Below, piece by piece: positions 43,364-53,070 of a stretch of DNA of 64,000 nt. The stretch comes from Gammaproteobacteria bacterium (GTDB lineage Bacteria; Pseudomonadota; Gammaproteobacteria; Chromatiales; Chromatiaceae), in NCBI GenBank assembly GCA_038144195.1, contig JAYQNH010000001.1, positions 39,295-103,294 on the forward strand, given 5' to 3'. How positions within the stretch are numbered: position 1 is the stretch's first letter; each line of letters opens with the position of its first letter. The notes below the pieces were generated by a model that saw only the letters and a list, made by a program, of their open reading frames with translations, did not search any database and was not told the DNA's origin. Position numbers and translations under genes: made by a program.

Positions 43364-44477
43364 CTAACTAAGACCTATATTGATTAAAGCTTCAATGAGT
43401 TTTCTTTCATCGTATAGCTCATTGTTGGAGCCTCGAAGATCCCTATCAATCAGTTGAATGTGATTCTCTGACAAATAATCGGTGAAGGCATTGTCGATAT
43501 CGGATCGTAGGCTGCTATCAGTCAGCACAATATCAATCGCTTTACTTTCTTTGCGCTCAGACAGGTCTTTGTTGATGGTTTGATTGAGCAGTTCAATTTG
43601 TTCGATCAAACTGGTGTCATGGAGCTCAGGGTCAATGCCAAGATTTGGGATGAATACCTTGAGGTTATTGCTGGCGTGAATCGCATTGCCCACACCCTTA
43701 GGTAGTAGGTTTGCGATCACGCTTGAGAAGAAGCTGCCTGGTGGGAAAACAATCAGATCCGCATCACTGATTAAGGCATGATTTTTTGCATCGAGTGTTG
43801 AGCTGGGGCCAGAAAGCGTTAAGTCGATTATCTTCTGGCCTAAGGGGCGCGTTTCTTTTGCGGTGATCTTGTGTTGGCCGCTCACTGTTGTGCCATCGAG
43901 CAGTGTGGCGATGAGCTCTAGATCGTCATCGATTGTTGTACGCACAATGCCAAGCGAATGAACAACTTCGCTGATTTGATCAACCACATGGTGTCAAGGT
44001 GTGTTGATTATTGAGATACCCGCCTGTGATCACCAAGTTACCGACACTGGCGCCACGGTAATCAAAGTCATCAGGCACCTGATCAAGGAACGCTCGTAGG
44101 TTGTTTTCAATCAGTTGTTTGACGGTGCCTGAGGTGACCTCAATTAAGGGATGCTCACCTGATTGTAGTTTCTCAACGAGTGATTTAAGCGTTGCTTGCG
44201 ATTGATCGGTGGGTAAGCGATAACGGAAAAGCGCTACCGCCTCTGGATGGCCTGCTAATGAATCATCAGCAATCGCCATCAGGCGTGCTCGCAAATCACC
44301 CACGGCAGGCATATTGAAAGCTTTGCGAAGTTTTGCCGAGCTGCCGCCTGAGTCGAATGGAGTTAGTAGGTGAATGCTGTTGTGGGTGTATTTGGTGAGT
44401 AGTGATGAAGTCTTGTCCAGCGCTGAGCCGCCTGAGAAAAAAGGAGCGAAGGTCCATTGGCTGGATCCGCGAGACAT
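43364..44477 (-). CDS. CofD/YvcK-superfamily (UPF0052, 2-phospho-L-lactate-transferase-like) protein. One frame break.
   Basis: ORFs 43980..44477 and 43364..43987. The N-terminus has FFSGGSAL...LTPFDSGGSSAKLR, and the core LIVFPPGSFFSSVIANLLPKGVGNAI...KVFIPNLG parallels the YvcK/CofD GPGSLYTSI.PNLL region. The break lies near 43985. Confidence 0.75.
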
Positions 44478-44499
44478 TGCTCGATGTGACTATGCTCAC

Positions 44500-45742
44500 T
44501 CATGCATCACGCTCATCGATAAAGACTTCAGCGGCATGTGGGTGCGAGAGAAAATCCTTGGGGCTGGCGCTAGCGCCATAAGCACCTGATTGCATGACCG
44601 CAACCACATCGCCAACCTGCGCCTGTCCGATAGTATGTTTAGCCGCCAGTATGTCTAACGGTGTACAGAGAGGGCCGGTGATACTGACTTGAGTTCGATC
44701 ACCTTGGTTGACATGCAATGGGTTAACCACAGGGTAGTTTTTACGAATGATCTGACCGAGGTTACCGCTTGCCGCTAAGTGATGATGCATGCCGCCATCG
44801 CAAATCCAGAAAGTTTCACCGCGTGAGGTTTTGCTATCGAGGATGCGTGTGAGATATACGCCGGCTTCACCGACCAAATAGCGACCAAGCTCAATCACGA
44901 TATCTACATTAGGCTGCAGTGCGGCAAAGTCATCAATGACTTCACTGAGTTCTGCGCCAAGCGTTCGGATATCTAAGGGTTGCTCGCCAGGGAAGTAGGG
45001 AATACCAAAGCCGCCGCCTAGATTGATCTCAGATAGACAAAGATTAAAGGTATCGATCAGTTCAAGCGCGAGATCTAGGCTAGCTTTTTGGGCATCAACG
45101 ATAGCTTGCGCATCAAGACACTGCGAGCCTGCGTAGATGTGTAGACCATCGATAACGAGCTTATGTGCTTGCGCTGCATGTAACACATCATCGAGTTGGT
45201 CTTTATCAATGCCAAAGGGTTTAGCGCTGCCGCCCATCGCCATGCCTGACCCTTTGAGATCAAAGTCTGGATTGATGCGAATCGAAAGACGCGGCGGCTG
45301 ATGACCTTCGGCAAGTGATGCAATGCGATTGAGTTCGCCTAACGATTCAACATTGATGCGAATGCCAGCGTCGATAGCAGCGAGCAATTCTTCATCGCGC
45401 TTCCCGGTCCTGCAAAGCTGATGTCTTGCGGGTTGATGTTTGTTTTCAGCGCGAGTTGAAGTTCGCCCTGTGAGGCGATATCAAAGCCATCCACATGCTG
45501 CGCCATAAACTGCACTAGTTGAGCATGTGGATTCGCTTTTAAGGCGTAATGTAGCTTGATGTCTTCAGGTAGATGTTCGCGTAACGTACGAATCGTATTT
45601 GCAATAACAGCAGCGTCATACAGATAACACGGCGTGCTTAACCCTTGTTGCAGGTGTTCGTAACCGACTTACCCCCAATGATGAGTTGATCATTGCTGAT
45701 CGGGAATTGGGTGATCGCTGAATGTGTGGGCATTTCGCTCAT
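44500..45742 (-). CDS. Fold-type III PLP-dependent decarboxylase (Orn/DAP/Arg decarboxylase family, DAP-decarboxylase-like). Two frame breaks.
   Basis: ATG at 45742. The PLP lysine motif HYALKANP is recovered in the shifted frame. Other motifs are GGGFGIPY, CDGGMHH and GPLCTPLD. The breaks lie near 45665 and near 45395 (GPGK/RDEELL, aaa read as aa). Confidence 0.8.
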
Positions 45743-45749
45743 GGCGAGA

Positions 45750-47203
45750 TTATCGCAAGGGATACTGTGCTTTTGCGAGCGCGCGATCTAATTTGCCGTT
45801 GGCGCTAAGCGGTAGGGACGGATGTTGCTCAATAAAGCTAGGCTGCATATAATTCGGAAGCTCGTGTACAAGGTGCTGTTTAAGCGCGTCCACAGAAAGA
45901 TCACCTTGGTATAGCAGAATGATATTTTCGCCAGCGTTAAAGCAAACAGCTTGCTCAATACCTTTCAATGCGAGTGCGGGCAGTTCAATCTCTTGAGGAC
46001 TGATGCGATAGCCGGAGACCTTCATCATCTCGTCATCGCGACCTATAAAGGTAAACAGTCCATCGGCTGAGCGTTTAACCGTATCGCCTGAACGTACATA
46101 GTGAATGCCATCCTTGTCGCTACCAAAGCGTTGTTCAGTAAGATCCGTGTGATTCCAATAACCTAAAGCCACTGTGTCGCCAGCGTGAATAAGCTCACCC
46201 GCATGATCATCAGCGCAATCATTACCTTGCGCATCAATTACACGTAATGTGGCGCCGGGAATCGCGATACCCATACTGTCGGGATGAGTGAGTCGTAAAT
46301 CGGCGGGCAGGTAGGTTGAGCGAAACGCTTCGGTTAGGCCGTACATCAAGATGATGTCAGTGGAAGGCAGAGCTTCATGCAAAATCTGTTAGACGGGCTC
46401 GGCAAGATGACCACCAGAGTTGGTGATATATCGCAGATGTTGTTTTGCATCTGTTGACCAATCGCACCGGGTGAGTTGTTGCCAAATCGGTGGCACGCCA
46501 GCTACGCCAGTTACCTTGTAGGTGTCGATGGCTTTGATGATCTCGCAAGGTAACAGATAGTCGAATAACACCAGCTCGGCACCGATAAGTAAGCTGCTGA
46601 TCAGTTGGTTAAGACCATAGTCAAAACTCAGTGGTAAGACGCCAAGTAACACATCATCTGAAGTGTTATTTAAATATTGAGTAACCGCTTCTGCGCCAGC
46701 AATGAGATTACGATCGCTGAGCATCACGCCCTTCGGTAAGCCGGTACTTCCTGAGGTATATAAAAGACAAGACAGGTTGTCTGGCGAGATGAGTGAGCTC
46801 TTGAGCGTAAGGATTTCTGTTTGATCGATTGCGTATCGACCTGAAGTAGTAAGCCTATATCCGCTTCGTTGATATCAACACGTTGTGAATGAGTGACCAG
46901 TAGCTTAGCTTGCGTGTCACGAAGGATGTGATTGAGCTGCGGGATTTTGAGTAGGGGGTTGATGGGTACGAATACCGCACCTATCGCATTGGCTGCTAAT
47001 AGATACACCACCAGATCGATATTCTTCTGCAGATATAGCGCAACGCGATCCCCTTTGATGACACCAAGCTCACCCAATTGTTGTGAGGCTTGATTAACGC
47101 GATCGAGTAGCTCCGGGTAAGTTAGTGCGTCGTTTTTATGTCTTAACGCAACACGAGTAGATGCGCGTTCAGCTTGCTGATGAAGTAAATCAAACGGGTG
47201 CAT
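45750..47203 (-). CDS. Adenylate-forming enzyme (AMP-dependent synthetase/ligase, ANL superfamily). One frame break plus one in-frame TAA.
   Basis: ORFs 46724..47203, 46389..46727 and 45750..46382. The core motif (L/Y)TSGSTGLPKGVMLSDRNL spans the break near 46727. Other motifs are YGLTEA, SGDTV...GRDDEMMKVSGYRISPQEIE and the terminal SANGKLDR. The in-frame TAA is at 46389-46391. Confidence 0.8.
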
Positions 47204-47206
47204 TGT

Positions 47207-48007
47207 TTATGCGATGAGATAGAAGATAAAAGCGCCAAGTGCCAAGCGATACAGCACAAAGGGCCACATGCCAATGCGTTCAATGAACTTAAGGAAGTAG
47301 TGAATGCATAAATAGGCTGAGATGGCAGATAACACCACGCCAAGAACAATCGCGTTCCAATCGACGGCTTCGGTTGTTTCAAGCAGGTCAAAGGTGATCA
47401 GTGCTGATGAGGCAAGCACGGTAGGGATCGCCAGCAAGAACGAGAAGCGAGAAGCAGCTTCACGCGTCAAACCAACCCATAAACCTGCGGTCATGGTGAT
47501 GCCGGAGCGAGAGGTGCCTGGAATAAGAGCGAGAATTTGCGCAAGACCAACAATGATTGCGTCTTTGAGGGTGATGCTAGTGAGGTCGCGTTCGCGCTTT
47601 GCACTCCAATCCGCTTGCCATAACACCAAGCCAAAGAAAATGGTGGCAGCACCAATGATCCAAGGCTCACGGAACTGACTTTCAATCAGGCTTTTTAACA
47701 GTAAGCCTGCGATTACTACCGGGATTACGCCGACGATCACTGCCCAGCCTAGACGTGCTTCAGGGTTGCTTGGTGCGCTTGGCGTTAGGGCGCGGAACCA
47801 GCCATTAAAAATAGCAACTACATCGCGCCAAAAGTAAGCCACGATGGCAATCAGCGATCCAAAGTGAACGGCCACATCTAAACTCAAACCTTGATCGGCA
47901 AAGCCAAAGATATGTGGCGCCAAGATGAGGTGGCCAGAGCTAGAGATGGGTAAGAACTCGGTTAGACCTTGAATAACCGAAAGAATGAAGACGCTGAGTA
48001 TGTCCAT
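47207..48007 (-). CDS. uppP: Undecaprenyl-diphosphatase.
   Basis: Intact 266-aa ORF with the BacA family motifs GLTEFLPISSSGHL and PGTSRSGITM. Its stop lies 3 nt before the ligase ATG. Confidence 0.9.
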   Translation of the reverse strand: MDILSVFILSVIQGLTEFLPISSSGHLILAPHIFGFADQGLSLDVAVHFGSLIAIVAYFWRDVVAIFNGWFRALTPSAPSNPEARLGWAVIVGVIPVVIAGLLLKSLIESQFREPWIIGAATIFFGLVLWQADWSAKRERDLTSITLKDAIIVGLAQILALIPGTSRSGITMTAGLWVGLTREAASRFSFLLAIPTVLASSALITFDLLETTEAVDWNAIVLGVVLSAISAYLCIHYFLKFIERIGMWPFVLYRLALGAFIFYLIA

Positions 48008-48056
48008 AAAGGGTTTCTATCCTTAACGCGTATCGCCCGACGATGATGTCCTTGGC

Positions 48057-48685
48057 TTATGTGATCGTATGATATGCCAATTTAGGTGCTGAAGCTTGTC
48101 GCGGCCAGGCTACACAGCCCATCAGATCGCTGGGTAACTTAAGCTGGGCATGCTGAAGCTCAATGTCAGGATCGAGTTGATCGAAGATGCCTATGCCGAT
48201 GCACTTGTGACGTGCTTCGAGTTGGGTCCATTCTTCATAAAAACGCGATCTGAATCCTCGGCAGCTTCTATACGGGCAATGGCATCTTCAGGCATAACGC
48301 GTTTAGCGATCGCCAAGCGATTGGCTTGCGGGCGAAAACGTTCGATATCCACCCCCAAGGGTAGTTGGCTTATAGCAAGTAGGCCGTAACGACCGGTGTG
48401 TGACAGGTTGAATTCAAAGTTTCGCTCAGCCAAGTAGGGCTTACCGCCATCTTCAATCCAAATCGGCACTTCAGATGGAGCTAGATGCAGCAGCTGACCT
48501 AAAATTGACCGCATAACGGTACGCATCACGGCATAATGATTCGATCGATGTTTCTCGGCCCGTTGTCGCTCGTCATCACTCAGTACATTCAGGTCAGCGT
48601 TCTGCTGATCGAGATCGATCTGATACAGGTCGATCCACTGATCTGAGGGTGGTGAGAAGGCTTGTCTGGGATTATCGGACATCAA
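48057..48685 (-). CDS. Sfp-type 4'-phosphopantetheinyl transferase. One frame break.
   Basis: Motifs are GGKPYL, FNLSHTG and GVDIER. After the shift at the A5 run 48239-48243 (T6 expected on the coding strand), the frame gives FYEEWTQLEARHKCIGIG. Confidence 0.75.
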
Positions 48686-48729
48686 AATTTACTTAAGAAT
48701 AAATCTTAACCTATTGTTTTTATTTAATT

Positions 48730-50456
48730 ATGTCGATCAAGCTCATTCAGCGTCGCGAGCCTAAAGCGATCTCCAGTGAATTATCCGGTTTGTCGCCCTT
48801 GCTGCAACGCTTGTATGCCAATCGCGGCGTTGAGCTGGCGTCTGAGATTGATGCGTCGTTAGCACAGCTTATCCCTGTGGAGTCGATGGGTGGCTTAAGT
48901 GAAGCACTAGAGGTCTTGGTGCCAGCCGTCGAACAAGGTCAGCGCATTTTGATCGTGGGTGACTTTGATGCTGATGGCGCGACCAGTTGCGCGCTCGGCA
49001 TGTTGGCGTTTCGTGCTTTGGGTCATCAGGCTATCGATTTTCTGGTGCCGAATCGCTTTGAGTACGGCTATGGCTTAACGCCAGAGATTGTTGAGCTCGC
49101 CAAAACGCGTCAGCCTAATCTGATTATTACCGTGGATAACGGGATCGCGAGCCTTGCGGGTGTGGCGGCTGCTAATGAGCTGCCGGTATCCCGGTGATCG
49201 TGACTGATCACCATTTACCGGGAGATGAGTTGCCCGACGCGGCCGCCATTGTGAATCCCAATGCACCGGGGAACGATTTTCCTTCAAAGGCACTCGCAGG
49301 GGTGGGTGTGTTGTTTTATGTGTTACTTGGTTTACGCAGTGCTTTGAGAGTTAAGGGTTGGTTTGAGCAGCAATCGATCGAAGAGCCGAACATGGCGCAA
49401 TTTCTCGATATCGTTGCGCTAGGTACGGTTGCCGATGTGGTTCCCTTAGATGCCAACAATCGCCGTTTAGTGCATCACGGTCTGCACCGTATTCGAGCGG
49501 GTCATGCACGTCCGGGTATCGCAGCCTTACTCGAAATCGCGCGCCGTGATTACCGTCGGGTTAAAGCCAGTGATATGGGCTTCTTTGTTGGTCCGCGTTT
49601 GAACGCAGCCGGTCGCTTAGATGACATGACTTTAGGTATTCAATGTTTGATCGAAGACGATCCGCTTCGCGCACGTGAGCTGGCAACTCGATTGGATATT
49701 TGGAATAAACAACGCCGTGAAATTGAATCAGACATGCAGGCCGATGCTGAGCATATGTTGGCTGATTTACCGCAAAGCGATGCGGCATTAACGGGTGTGT
49801 GTTTATTCAATCCGGACTGGCATCAGGGTGTGATCGGTATATTGGCCTCACGCGTAAAAGAAGAGCTACATCGTCCCGTGGTGATCTTTGCGAAAGGCGA
49901 TGAGGGTTGGATCAAGGGCTCAGCGCGTTCTATCCCTGGTTTTCATATCCGGGATGCCTTGGATGTGATCTCCAAGCGATATCCAGATCTTTTCGATAAG
50001 TTTGGCGGCCATGCGATGGCGGCGGGCATGACGATACGAGAAAAAGATTTTGAGCAGTTTGCCCAAGCGTTTGATCAAGTGGCACGTGAGCAGTTATCTG
50101 ATGATCAATTGCAGGCAGTGTTGCTCAGTGATGGTGAGGTGCCTGCAGATCAATTGTCTTTAGATATGGCGGCAGAGCTGACCCAAGCGGGCCCTTGGGG
50201 GCAGAATTTTCCAGAGCCGTTATTTGATGGTGAGTTTGATGTGGTCAGTGGTCGGATTGTGGGAGAGCATCATTGGAAGTTGGTGCTGCGCCCGAGTGGT
50301 AGTCAGCAGACCATCGATGCGATTGCGTTTAAGACCGTGGAGCAATTTCCGCAGCTGCCGGACAAACTCAAAATTGCATATCAGCTCGATATTAATGAAT
50401 GGCAGGGGCGACAATCGTTACAATTGCGCGTCGACTATATGGAAGCGGTAGCGTGA
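48730..50456 (+). CDS. recJ: Single-stranded-DNA-specific exonuclease RecJ. One frame break.
   Basis: ORFs 48730..49197 and 49194..50456. Motifs are the DHH motif VTDHH, GDFDADGATS and GGHAMAAG. The break lies near 49188 in a C-run. Confidence 0.9.
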
Positions 50457-50971
50457 AAGAACGAGAGTATGACGAAAATGGTCGGGTTATCCGTCCGAAC
50501 AAAACGGCTTTAAAGCGCGATCTTGCGGATCGTTCGGAGCTGCTCGATAAGATGACGCAGCTCAGTGATGCCGAGATGGAAAAGATTGGTGTCGACCCGG
50601 ATGTCATCGAAGAGGTGGCGAAAGTCCGTTCGGTGAAAAAGGGTGGAGCGCGCAATCGTCAGTTGAAGTATTGCATCAAAGTCTTGACCGGTGTCGATCT
50701 CAGTGTGGCTGAAACCTATATAAACGATCGAAATTCACACCAATTAGCAATCAACCAGGCCTTTCACTTGCTCGAAAAATGGCGCGACCGTCTGATCGAA
50801 GAAGGTGATGAGGCGATGGGTGCGGCGATGGATGAATGGCCCCAGATGGACCGCCAGCAATTGCGTCATTTGGTCCGCGATGCCAAGAAAGAACACGAGT
50901 CTGGCAAGCCGGCAGGTGCCAAGTAGAAGCTGTTCCAATTCCTGCGCACCCTGAGTGAACAAGAGGCTTAA
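50453..50971 (+). CDS. yjgA: YjgA/DUF615 ribosome-associated protein. One in-frame TAG.
   Basis: The GTG start overlaps the recJ stop. The sequence is colinear with E. coli YjgA (RNRQLKYCIKVL, WRDRLIEEGDEAM, MDRQQLRHLVRDAKKE). The TAG is at 50924-50926, and the same frame continues as KLFQFLRTLSEQEA. Confidence 0.75.
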
Positions 50972-51055
50972 TGCCCCCATCCAAAACCCGAATCTAAGCC
51001 GTCCCTGAGCCGTGATAGAAAGAGCGCAGTGTTACTCAGTAGTAAAGGTGTAAAG

Positions 51056-52144
51056 ATGAGTGATTCGGAAGATCAGGGCGTTCGTGAGATTCGTATCGAC
51101 CCGATAGTGCCTACCCAGTCAGTGCTTGTAGCAACCGCTCGGGGTATGCGTCCAAAGAAAGACGAAGATCGTATCGATCGAGATAATCGTAGCCACGTAG
51201 AAACCTGTCCTTTCTGTCGTGGTAACGAAGAAAGAACTCCCCCTGAGATTAAAGCCTATCCCGACCCGAAAGAATGGGATATCCGCATCGTTCCAAATCT
51301 CTATCCTGTGTTAGGTGATGATGAAGCTAAGCCAAATCTCGCCTTAGGTTTGCAGCAAGTTATCGATGGCTATGGTCGTCATGAGGTCATCATTGATAAC
51401 CCGAATCACGGCATCTGTGTGCATGAGATGACACAGGATCACCTAAAGAATTTATTCACCGTGTATCAGCAGCGCATGGCTGAGTTGTATGCGTCGGATA
51501 AACGTTTGAAGTATGTCTTGGTGTTTAAGAACTTTGGACCTGCCGCAGGCGCCAGTATTCCGCACACGCACAGTCAAATCATTGCGACACCGGTTGTGCC
51601 AGAGAACGTGCAGAACGAGGTGACCTACAGCAAGCAATATCATGCCAAGCATGGCCAGTGTGTTTTCTGTTCCTTAATTGACGAAGCATTGACCTATGAA
51701 GCGACGATTTACGATCGTGAGTCCGGTGAGATTCGCCGTAAGATCAATGTCGGTCAGTACGTGGTTGAGCGTGGTAAGAAGTTTGTTGCGATCAAGCCCT
51801 TCGCTAGTCGCTATGAGTGGGAGATTCATATTCTGCCACTGCAACACGAATCAGACTTCCTAGAAGCAACCGCTGAAGATCTCGAAGACTTTGCCAATGT
51901 GCTGAAGCGCACGATGGCGCGCTTAGATAAGGTTGTGGGTGGAGTGCAATACAACTACTTCCTGCATTCAGCGCCACATGGTGACACCTTTGGCGATTGC
52001 TCGGATAGTTATCATTGGCATCTCGAAATCTGCCCACGTACCAGCATTCCGACAGGCTTTGAGTTAGGTTCTGGTTTGTTTGTGAGTACAGTCAGTCCAG
52101 AATCAGCCGCGCAAGCCTTGCGTGAGGTTGAAATCGACGATTAA
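51056..52144 (+). CDS. GalT-like HIT-superfamily nucleotidyltransferase/phosphorylase (galactose-1-phosphate uridylyltransferase family).
   Basis: Intact ORF with the zinc-knuckle CPFCRGNEERTPPE and the active-site HTHSQI (HxHxQ). No gal genes lie nearby. Confidence 0.7.
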   Translation: MSDSEDQGVREIRIDPIVPTQSVLVATARGMRPKKDEDRIDRDNRSHVETCPFCRGNEERTPPEIKAYPDPKEWDIRIVPNLYPVLGDDEAKPNLALGLQQVIDGYGRHEVIIDNPNHGICVHEMTQDHLKNLFTVYQQRMAELYASDKRLKYVLVFKNFGPAAGASIPHTHSQIIATPVVPENVQNEVTYSKQYHAKHGQCVFCSLIDEALTYEATIYDRESGEIRRKINVGQYVVERGKKFVAIKPFASRYEWEIHILPLQHESDFLEATAEDLEDFANVLKRTMARLDKVVGGVQYNYFLHSAPHGDTFGDCSDSYHWHLEICPRTSIPTGFELGSGLFVSTVSPESAAQALREVEIDD

Positions 52145-52174
52145 GTCAAATCCATATAAGCCATCTCGAATATA

Positions 52175-52203
52175 CCTTGGACAAATTCGTTTTTGTCCAA
52201 GGG
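52175..52203 (+). terminator. Strong hairpin after the GalT-like gene (no clear T-run).
   Basis: ccttggacaaa ttcg tttttgtccaagg has a stem of about 10 bp. Confidence 0.4.
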
Positions 52204-52351
52204 TGGCTCATATTTCACCTGCTACATTGAAAGAACTTATGTGACCCATGCTAGTGCAGCGTGTAGTTTTCGCCTACACAAACACTATGTTAGTGCGCAT
52301 GTCTCATATGAAACATGAGCACGGTTTCTTTCAACTAGACCAAAGGCGGAT

Positions 52352-52732
52352 ATGAAAACTTCAACCCAACGTCCGGTTCATTTGAACCTGCTGAAGATTC
52401 GGCTTCCGATCGGGGGCATCATGTCGATCATTCACCGTATTACCGGTGTGGCGATGTTTGTTGCGATTCCCGTGCTTATTTACCTTCTTGATTTGTCATT
52501 GCGTGACGCTGCGTCATATCAAGCTGCCGGCGAGATGGTTCGTTCACCCCTTGGCGTGATTCTGCTGTTTGGTTTGATATGGGGTATTTCACATCACCTG
52601 TTGGCGGGCATCCGTTATCTTTTAATTGATGTTCACATGGGTGTTGAGAAAGAGACTGCACGTAAAACCGCTTTGTTGGTCACCGTGGTTGCTCCTGTGA
52701 TTGGTGCTTTGTTGCTGTGGGGTTTGCTATGA
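52352..52732 (+). CDS. sdhC: Succinate dehydrogenase cytochrome b556 subunit.
   Basis: 126 aa with three TM segments and RPVHLNLLKIRLPIGGIMSIIHRITGV. Confidence 0.85.
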   Translation: MKTSTQRPVHLNLLKIRLPIGGIMSIIHRITGVAMFVAIPVLIYLLDLSLRDAASYQAAGEMVRSPLGVILLFGLIWGISHHLLAGIRYLLIDVHMGVEKETARKTALLVTVVAPVIGALLLWGLL

Positions 52733-53070
52733 GTCGTAAAGCTTCTGTTTTAAAGGCGTGGGTTATCCAGCGCGTAACGGCGATCTACATTGCTGTGTTC
52801 TCTATTTATCTCGTCGGTGCTTTGATCACTGATGCGCCAATTAACTACGCAGAGTGGAAAGGTTGGTTTGCCGGTTCCGTGATGAGCGTGGCGACTCTGC
52901 TGTTCGTACTCTCTGTGCTGATGCATGCGTGGGTTGGCGTGCGTGATGTGCTAATTGATTACGTTTGGAATACCTCGCAGCGCGTAATTGCGTTGTCGGT
53001 GGTAGCAACAATTTTGGTGGCTTGTGCGATTTGGGCGACACAAGCGTTAGTTTTGGCGAGGTTGGTTTAA
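52729..53070 (+). CDS. sdhD: Succinate dehydrogenase hydrophobic membrane anchor subunit.
   Basis: The ATG overlaps the sdhC stop (ATGA). It has three TM segments, with HAWVGVRDVLIDY. Confidence 0.8.
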   Translation: MSRKASVLKAWVIQRVTAIYIAVFSIYLVGALITDAPINYAEWKGWFAGSVMSVATLLFVLSVLMHAWVGVRDVLIDYVWNTSQRVIALSVVATILVACAIWATQALVLARLV

